From a virus (lineage: Duplodnaviria; Caudoviricetes), in the IMG/VR virus record IMGVR_UViG_3300015050_000538, positions 1 through 42,707 of that record: a stretch of 42,707 nt of DNA; one strand, written 5' to 3'. Made by a program: the position numbers and the translations under genes. The notes under the pieces were generated by a model. That model saw only the letters and a program-made list of their open reading frames with translations. It made no database searches and was not told where the DNA came from. Below, in pieces: positions 36,218-42,707 of this stretch (the first letter of the stretch is position 1; the number at the start of each line of letters is the position of its first letter).

Positions 36218-37133
36218 GAGGGCTACAGCTAGAGTTCAGCCTAATCATTCTATTCTCTTGTACGGTCCCCCTAAAGCTGGCAAAACAAAGCTGGTAGGCA
36301 CTGCGGCTAAGCTCAAAGAACTCAAGCGGATCTTCTGGTTTGACTTAGAGAATGGCGTAGAGACTCTGCTGAATGCTGGACTCACAGATGAGGAGCTGGC
36401 TAAGATCATCGTCATCAAGGTAGCAGATACTCGCAGTGAGCCTATTGGCATTGAGACTATTCTCAAGACGCTGACTTCTAAAACTCCTGTTGACCTTTGC
36501 GAACTGCATGGCCGAGTAGATTGCGCAGAATGTAAGAAGTCAGGCAGCGGCTTTATCAAGTTCCACTTAGGAGGTTGTACCCATGATGATCTTGTTGTCA
36601 TTGACAGTGGCTCTCAACTTGGCGATTCTGCTCTTGCCGCGGCTTGTCTTGGCAAACCCGGAATGTTTAAGCCGACTTTCGACGAGTATGGTATGGTTAA
36701 TAAATGGCTTGGTGATGTGTGCTCTGTTATTCAACAGTGCGCTAATACTAACTTCGTTGTCATTACTCATGAGGTAGCATTCGAAGATGACGAAGGCAAA
36801 GACAAGATCGGTCCCCTTATGGGCTCTAAGCAATTCTGCCAGAAGGTTGCTAAGTTCTTTGGTACCGTAGTCTATGTCCACAAGAAGATGAATAAGCACG
36901 TAGCTGGTTCTTCTTCCACATACCGAGGAGACTTGCTTACAGGTTCTCGTATTAACGTAGCATTGGAGAATTCAAAAGAACCTTCTATGTTTGATATTCT
37001 AGTATCCGGTGGAGTTCTCAAAGCTCCATCTGCTGACGCAGCTCAAGTTCCACAAGAACAGACGGCTGTTGAGAGCAAAGCTCCACTCTCATTGGCCGAG
37101 AGAATGGCAGCAGCTAAGGCTAAATCTAGTTAA
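36198..37133 (+). CDS. Sak4-like/AAA_24 P-loop ATPase (putative recombinase), 311 aa
   Basis: LLYGPPKAGKT, FDLENG, VVIDSGS and VVITHE; inserted CxxH...CxxC; located next to an SSB-like gene. Confidence 0.8.
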   Translation: MDLLQLKRATARVQPNHSILLYGPPKAGKTKLVGTAAKLKELKRIFWFDLENGVETLLNAGLTDEELAKIIVIKVADTRSEPIGIETILKTLTSKTPVDLCELHGRVDCAECKKSGSGFIKFHLGGCTHDDLVVIDSGSQLGDSALAAACLGKPGMFKPTFDEYGMVNKWLGDVCSVIQQCANTNFVVITHEVAFEDDEGKDKIGPLMGSKQFCQKVAKFFGTVVYVHKKMNKHVAGSSSTYRGDLLTGSRINVALENSKEPSMFDILVSGGVLKAPSADAAQVPQEQTAVESKAPLSLAERMAAAKAKSS

Positions 37134-37188
37134 CTAATCATTAACTCTCTGACTTTTCATTTCACTTTTACTTATCTTAGGAACTATC

Positions 37189-37665
37189 ATGTCTGACAAC
37201 AAAGCTCAAATCCTCGACCTCGACGCATTGCTTGATACCGATATGGGTGCAGTAGTTACGCTGCCCGATTACATTACGCCATCGAAAGGATTGTATCGTC
37301 TGAAAGTCACCGAAGCCGGTATCAAAGAACGCAAGGATAAGGACGGCAATAAGACTGCTAACCTGATCATCGTCTACAGCATTGTGGAAACGAAGGAATG
37401 TGATGAAGCACCATTCCCCAATGGCTCGCTGTTCTCAGATCGTTTCCAAGCAACTGAGGAAGGTCTGACCTACTTCAAGAAGCAGGCCATGAAGATCATG
37501 AATGAGCCTAGCTTGGACGGTGTGAAGATGCGTGATGTATTCGACGGCCTCGTAGGTATGGAGTTCGATTGCGCTATCACTGTGCGTAAGACGAAGGATG
37601 CTGCAAGCGGTAAAGAATACGAGAACATCTCTGTTCGCCCACTGCACGCTAATCCTGCTGCTTAA
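37189..37665 (+). CDS. Putative single-stranded DNA-binding protein (DUF669-like OB fold), 158 aa
   Basis: P-x-G-x-Y-x-L-x-V start, LVG..F...I...K...GKEYENI end; between the Sak4-like gene and the polymerase. Confidence 0.65.
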   Translation: MSDNKAQILDLDALLDTDMGAVVTLPDYITPSKGLYRLKVTEAGIKERKDKDGNKTANLIIVYSIVETKECDEAPFPNGSLFSDRFQATEEGLTYFKKQAMKIMNEPSLDGVKMRDVFDGLVGMEFDCAITVRKTKDAASGKEYENISVRPLHANPAA

Positions 37666-37682
37666 TCTAGCAGAGTAACGCA

Positions 37683-37719
37683 ACTGCCTTCTACTGGTCA
37701 CAAGCTGGTCGAAGGCAGT
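37683..37719 (+). terminator. Hairpin between SSB and polymerase (weak terminator or processing site)
   Basis: ACTGCCTTC/GAAGGCAGT stem extended by ACTGG/CTGGT; poor U-tract. Confidence 0.5.
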
Positions 37720-37763
37720 CTCATTTATTCTGGCCCCTCTCTACTACAACAGCTAAGGAAGTT

Positions 37764-40058
37764 ATGCGAGTTCTTCTGAACTACGAAAAATCCGAGAAGG
37801 ATTATCTTGGCGGCATAGCCTATATGTTCCGTCGTCTTGGCATCGATGCAGTATCCTCCTCTATGAACTTAACAATTGGCGAGCTTATGCATAAGGCTAA
37901 GCTGGCTGGTTGCTCTGCTATTGTGTGCTGCAATGAACAGACTCTCCGTTATCTTGTTCCGGGTGAAGCACCTACTGTAGATAAGTGGCGCGGTACAAGG
38001 CTTAACTTTGACTTCCCAACTATTATCATCAACAAGCTGGCTCACATGCATACTGTGCCACATGGTAATTGGTTGCTGGAACAAGACTTGAGAAAGCTTA
38101 AGAGCATCTATAGGAAACCTACGCCCTTTTCCTACAAGAAGATCCTTGACCGCTATGCAATGGCTTTTGTTCTAGAAGAACTCTCGCAAGCTATTGTTAT
38201 CTCCCACGACATTGAGACTAAGACTCTGCCCGGACCTACGGAGCTGGAGGGTGGACCTACGCTTATTACTTGCGCAGGCTGGACTGGCGTATTCGTAGAT
38301 GGTACGCTCAAGACTTATGTCCTTCCTCTCATTGATTATGACGGCGATCATTGGCCAGATGACAGAGACTATATTGCAGCCATTAAATTTATGCGCTCTG
38401 CCAATGCTCTCAGTATTGCCAAGGCTATGCACAATGGTATGTATGATGCAACGCATTTGATCCGCTATCATTGCGAACCACATCATTACACTCTCGACAC
38501 GATGTACTTGGCTCACTCTGAATACTCAGAGCTTCCTAAGAGCCTTGACTTCGTAGCATCCTACACCCTATACGATTACGTATTCTGGAAGGATGATGCA
38601 GAGCAGGCGGCTAAGAAGAAAGATCAAGAGAAGTATTGGGCATACAACGCTAAGGATACTTGGTACACTGCAAGGATTCTGATCGAGCAGCTTCGCAAGT
38701 CGCAAGCTTATACGTTCACCAACTACAAGAAGCAGTTCCCACTTGTCTACCCCTCACTCTATTCTAACTTCGAGGGCATCAGGATAGATCAAGAGAAGCG
38801 TATTGAGCTGCGTACAGAAGCTGATAAGAACTTGCAGAAAGCAATGACTCGCTTGCAGACAATGTTTGCAGACCCTAACTTTAATCCAGGTAGCTGGCAG
38901 CAGGTGGAGAAATATGTCTACGATGTATTCGGCGCGAAGAAGCCAAAGATCGGCAAGTCTAAGAGTGGCACGGACGAGAAGAACCTCAAAGCCGTATCAG
39001 AACAGCACCCACTGCTCGCAAGGATTTGTGAAGAAATCTTGGAATACCGTGGTAGTCAGAAGGCTATCGGAACGTACTATGACTTTCTACAATGGAAAGG
39101 TCGTCTACTGTGGGCTCTCAATCCGTTCGGGACAGATACTAGCAGAATGGCTTGCTCAGCTTCCAGCCTTTGGGTTGGAACCCAAGTTCAGAATATCCCA
39201 GGGTATGCTAAGCCTATGCTCATTGCCGACGAAGGATTTGAAATCTTCGAAGCCGACAATAAGCAATCAGAAGGAAGGACCACTGCCTATTGTTCTCAGG
39301 AAGAAGCTCTCATCGCAGCGCTGGAAGATGCTGAGAAAGACTTCTATCGTACGCTAGGAACCTTGTTCTTCAATATGCCTTACGAGGAAGTCTCTGACTT
39401 CTTCCGCAATAAGGTTCTTAAGAAGATTGTCCATGGTACTAACTACATGATGGGTGCAGGAACTTTCATTGAGAATATCGGTGCAAGGATTCTGTATCAG
39501 ACTGCTCAGAAGCTTGGACTAGAGATTGTAGATATTGTTAAGGCTAACAACAAGAAGCAGAGAACTCTCAAGGGTTTTGCTAAAGAACTTCTTGACCTTT
39601 ATCATGCACCTTTCCCACGAGTTCGTATGTGGTATCAGGAGATTAAACATGAAATCAAAACAACCGGCTTCCTTGTATCACCACTCGGTCAGACTAGAAG
39701 ATTCTTCGGTGATATTGATAGAAATCATGCTATGCTTAGAGGGGCAGTTGCACATCAACCTCAGCAGCTCTCCGTCGAGATTCTCAATAAGGGATTTGTT
39801 CGCGCTTACAGAGATATTGTCATCCCATCTGAAGGAGACTTTAGAATCAAAGCGCAGATCCACGACAGTATCTTTGGGCAGTGGCGCATCGACAGAAGAG
39901 ACGAGTTCGCAGCAAGACTTGCAGAGTGCATGTATAATCCCGTCAAGATTCACGGACGTACTTTAGTTATTCCTATTGACATTAAGTACGGACAGAATTG
40001 GGGTGAGGCTGACGAGAGCAATCCTAATGGAACTAGGAAATACAAAGGGCTGAAATGA
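37764..40058 (+). CDS. polA: Family A DNA polymerase with 3'-5' exonuclease and degenerate N-terminal UDG-like domain, 764 aa
   Basis: Exo motifs HDIET, HNGMYD and YNAKD; TSRMAC, QNIP, motif A ADNKQSEGR, motif B KKIVHGTNY, motif C QIHDS. Confidence 0.93.
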   Translation: MRVLLNYEKSEKDYLGGIAYMFRRLGIDAVSSSMNLTIGELMHKAKLAGCSAIVCCNEQTLRYLVPGEAPTVDKWRGTRLNFDFPTIIINKLAHMHTVPHGNWLLEQDLRKLKSIYRKPTPFSYKKILDRYAMAFVLEELSQAIVISHDIETKTLPGPTELEGGPTLITCAGWTGVFVDGTLKTYVLPLIDYDGDHWPDDRDYIAAIKFMRSANALSIAKAMHNGMYDATHLIRYHCEPHHYTLDTMYLAHSEYSELPKSLDFVASYTLYDYVFWKDDAEQAAKKKDQEKYWAYNAKDTWYTARILIEQLRKSQAYTFTNYKKQFPLVYPSLYSNFEGIRIDQEKRIELRTEADKNLQKAMTRLQTMFADPNFNPGSWQQVEKYVYDVFGAKKPKIGKSKSGTDEKNLKAVSEQHPLLARICEEILEYRGSQKAIGTYYDFLQWKGRLLWALNPFGTDTSRMACSASSLWVGTQVQNIPGYAKPMLIADEGFEIFEADNKQSEGRTTAYCSQEEALIAALEDAEKDFYRTLGTLFFNMPYEEVSDFFRNKVLKKIVHGTNYMMGAGTFIENIGARILYQTAQKLGLEIVDIVKANNKKQRTLKGFAKELLDLYHAPFPRVRMWYQEIKHEIKTTGFLVSPLGQTRRFFGDIDRNHAMLRGAVAHQPQQLSVEILNKGFVRAYRDIVIPSEGDFRIKAQIHDSIFGQWRIDRRDEFAARLAECMYNPVKIHGRTLVIPIDIKYGQNWGEADESNPNGTRKYKGLK

Positions 40059-41314
40059 CGCAGAACCCAATTAGGATAGGTGATGACTTTATTAGTTCTT
40101 ACATGCGTCTATGCGATCTCGATAATTCTGAGGCCCCGGCTATCTATCATAGATGGGTTTGTCTTAGTATTCTTGGTGCTTATATGGGGCGCAAGGTCTG
40201 GATAGACTTCGGTATCGGGCCAATCTATCCTAACCAATACATCATGTTGATGGGCTCACCGGGTACTCGCAAGGGTGCTGCTATGGCCATTGGCAGGAGA
40301 CTTCTAAAAGCTACAGGGTTCAATAGATTCTCAGCAGACAAGACTTCCAAAGAGCGTTTCCTTATGGACATGAAGCAGTTTGATCTGCCTACGAATGCAG
40401 CTCTTGAGGATGTAGAGGACCTAGCTTTCGGTGATCCTTCAGAATCTTATATCATGTCAGGAGAGTTTACAGACTTCATTGGCCAAGGTAACATGGATTT
40501 TATTACCCTCCTCACGAACTTGTGGGACAACCTAGGAGAATACACACATCCTAAGATTCAGGGTAAGAGTGTGATGGTGCACAAGCCTACTGTTAATTTG
40601 CTAGGAGCTAACACTCCTGATGGATTTGCACTGGCCTTTCCTCCAGAAGCTTTGGGTAATGGATTCCTTTCTCGTGTGATCCTTCTCCATGCTGATCCTA
40701 CTTCTAACAAGATCGCATGGCCTACTGCACCTGACCCACTTCTGCAAGCCACTCTCGCTAATAGGATGATCGAAGTAAAAGATTCCATTAGCGGGGAGAT
40801 TGTTGTAACCAAAGAAGCCAAGGCTATTGGCAAGGAGATTTATGACAACGAGATTCCAGTAGATGATCCTCGCTTTATCCACTACCAACAACGACGATTT
40901 ACTCATCTGCTAAAAGTATCCATGCTACTTGCAGTATTTGATATGTCTGATAAGATTCTTCCACTCCATATTAAGAGAGCTAACAGCCTACTAGTACGGG
41001 CTGAGAGAGTTATGCCTAGGGCATTGGGAGAGTTTGGTGCTTCGAAGTATTCTTCTGTAGCTGGCAAGCTGCTATCCCACCTAGCTAACTGCCATAAGCC
41101 GCAGAGCCCCGGAGAATTGTTCCGGGTTATCAGTAGAGACATTGGTAAAATGTCCGAGCTTGTTGATATTCTTCAGAACCTCAAACACTCTGAGAAGATA
41201 CAAGCTGTTAGCGTTGGTGGAAAGAGTGGGTACTTGCCCATGCATAAGCCCAAGAAGGAATGGCCTGAGCATCTTCTTGATAATAGTTGGTTAACTGAAC
41301 AGGAGCTGATATGA
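40055..41314 (+). CDS. DUF3987-like P-loop ATPase (putative replicative helicase) with C-terminal winged-helix-like region, 419 aa
   Basis: YPNQYIMLMGSPGTRKG, GEF, LTNLWD, PTVNLLGANTP and GFLSR motifs. Confidence 0.7.
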   Translation: MTQNPIRIGDDFISSYMRLCDLDNSEAPAIYHRWVCLSILGAYMGRKVWIDFGIGPIYPNQYIMLMGSPGTRKGAAMAIGRRLLKATGFNRFSADKTSKERFLMDMKQFDLPTNAALEDVEDLAFGDPSESYIMSGEFTDFIGQGNMDFITLLTNLWDNLGEYTHPKIQGKSVMVHKPTVNLLGANTPDGFALAFPPEALGNGFLSRVILLHADPTSNKIAWPTAPDPLLQATLANRMIEVKDSISGEIVVTKEAKAIGKEIYDNEIPVDDPRFIHYQQRRFTHLLKVSMLLAVFDMSDKILPLHIKRANSLLVRAERVMPRALGEFGASKYSSVAGKLLSHLANCHKPQSPGELFRVISRDIGKMSELVDILQNLKHSEKIQAVSVGGKSGYLPMHKPKKEWPEHLLDNSWLTEQELI

Positions 41315-42342
41315 ACGACGATATTAACGAGAACATAGATTACTTGAACGATGGGCTAGAAGATCTTCCAGAAGTTAAGAATCCTCTAGTAATCTACCAT
41401 GCTAATTGCGCTGATGGGTTCTCAGCAGCTTGGTGCTTCTACAAAGCACAAGAAGATTGGGGCGTAGACTTCGACTTTCATCCGGGAGTGTATAATGACC
41501 CTCCTCCAGATGTTACAGATCGTGTTGTTTATCTTGTTGATTTTAGCTATAAGCGAGATGTAGTCGAGAAGATGCTGGAGACAGCACAGAAGATCTACTT
41601 GATTGACCATCACAAGACAGCCATTGATGATCTCAATGGAATCGACAATGTTAAGCTTACGATGTATACTGATCTGGAACGTAGTGGGGCAATCCTTGCA
41701 TGGGACTATCTACACAACGCCAGCTTTATTACTGATGAGGGTGGCGTAGAGTTTCATGACTATACTCTTAAACCCGGCAACCCCGCTTATCAGAGTCCTC
41801 CTAAACTTCTAGAGCATGTGCAAGATCGTGACCTTTGGAAGTTTAAGCTAGGTGGTACACGAGAAATCTCGGCGAACATATTCTCCTATGAATATACCTT
41901 CGAGAATTGGGACAAGCTCATGAATGCTTCGGCTACTGAGCTTCTTGGAATGTGGAATGCTGGTGCTGCTATTGAACGCAAGCATCATAAAGATATTAAG
42001 GAGCTTCTGAATGTATGCCAACGCACCATGGAATTCATTATTCTTAGAGATGATCCATTCGAATCCGCTGGTCACAAGTATGCTGATAGCATTACTGTTC
42101 CTGTTGCTAGTCTGCCTTACACTCTTACTTCCGATGCTGGCCACGCAATGGCAGCAGCTCACAAGCAAGGGACGGAATTTGCTGCTTGCTATTGGGATAC
42201 TGCAACCCATCGTATCTTTAGCTTGCGCAGTTGTGATAATGGCATGGATGTTTCTGAAATAGCTAAATACTATGGTGGTGGAGGACATAAAAATGCAGCA
42301 GGCTTCAGAGTCCTCAGGGATCATCCACTAGCTAGGAGCTAA
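41311..42342 (+). CDS. DHH/DHHA1 phosphoesterase (NrnA/NrnB-like), 343 aa
   Basis: YHANCADG, LVDFS, IDHHKT, RSGA, QDRDLW, FSLRS and GGGGHKNAAGF. Confidence 0.9.
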   Translation: MNDDINENIDYLNDGLEDLPEVKNPLVIYHANCADGFSAAWCFYKAQEDWGVDFDFHPGVYNDPPPDVTDRVVYLVDFSYKRDVVEKMLETAQKIYLIDHHKTAIDDLNGIDNVKLTMYTDLERSGAILAWDYLHNASFITDEGGVEFHDYTLKPGNPAYQSPPKLLEHVQDRDLWKFKLGGTREISANIFSYEYTFENWDKLMNASATELLGMWNAGAAIERKHHKDIKELLNVCQRTMEFIILRDDPFESAGHKYADSITVPVASLPYTLTSDAGHAMAAAHKQGTEFAACYWDTATHRIFSLRSCDNGMDVSEIAKYYGGGGHKNAAGFRVLRDHPLARS

Positions 42343-42343
42343 C

Positions 42344-42607
42344 ATGGCAAATTCAAACGATCGTAGTTCCTACCAGAAGTTTGATCGTAATGCACTGAGT
42401 GAGCATTATCAGCGTAGCGATCACAATGACTTCGCAACTTCCTCAGAACTTAAGAAGCGTGCCTTCACAGGTTGGCGACATAATGCTATCGGTGAAGTTA
42501 TGGAACTCTGGGTACTAGGAGAAGTCAAGCGAGTTATCACCCCACAGATGTTCGGACTTGACAAGAACATTATGGAAAAGACTTACGCAGAAGTGTTCGC
42601 ACTCTAA
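42344..42607 (+). CDS. Hypothetical protein, 87 aa
   Basis: AGGAG RBS; ends at the terminator. Confidence 0.7.
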   Translation: MANSNDRSSYQKFDRNALSEHYQRSDHNDFATSSELKKRAFTGWRHNAIGEVMELWVLGEVKRVITPQMFGLDKNIMEKTYAEVFAL

Positions 42608-42707
42608 AAGAAAAAGCCCCAAGAACCTAAGAAGTTCAAGGGGCTTTTTTACGTCCATCTGATTCTTAATCCAGATTGTTTATCATGTAGTTCAGAGGGT
42701 CATCATC
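42585..42707. repeat. Terminal direct repeat, right copy, including the bidirectional terminator
   Basis: Identical to 1-123. Confidence 0.95.

Noticed and set aside
37764-40058. Z-genome or other base-substitution system
   Set aside because: No PurZ, deaminase, hydroxymethylase or glycosyltransferase gene is recognisable

Overview
The window is an apparently complete, circularly closed genome (about 42,584 bp unique plus a 123-bp terminal duplication) of a lytic, podovirus-like tailed phage with no RNA polymerase, integrase, tRNA or CRISPR that I can recognise. The left half (82-21867, minus strand) is the late module: C5-methyltransferase-like gene, terminase small and large subunits, portal, scaffold, major capsid, adaptor, tail fibre, an embedded GH108 endolysin/holin pair, a nozzle-like protein and three ejection-type proteins. 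A control region at about 21.9-24.2 kb holds two small leftward early units with sigma70 promoters and terminators, and a roughly 380-bp imperfect palindrome that looks like a replication origin. The right half (24260-42607, plus strand) carries many small early genes, an SprT-like protease, a RecD/Dda-like helicase, an HTH regulator, DUF6378-like and MazG-like nucleotide enzymes, a Cas4-like nuclease/Sak4-like ATPase/SSB module, a family A polymerase with a degenerate UDG-like N-terminus, a DUF3987-like ATPase and a DHH phosphoesterase. The two halves converge on a bidirectional terminator at the contig ends. The most notable observations are (1) a short helical motif shared by several unrelated replication proteins, (2) the symmetric origin-like palindrome with DnaA-box-like sites next to a 429-aa protein with an SSB-tail mimic, in a genome with no recognisable primase, (3) exact AlgR-type boxes upstream of both leftward early promoters, and (4) a repeated operator-like motif. 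All protein family calls come from reading motifs by eye, not from database searches.
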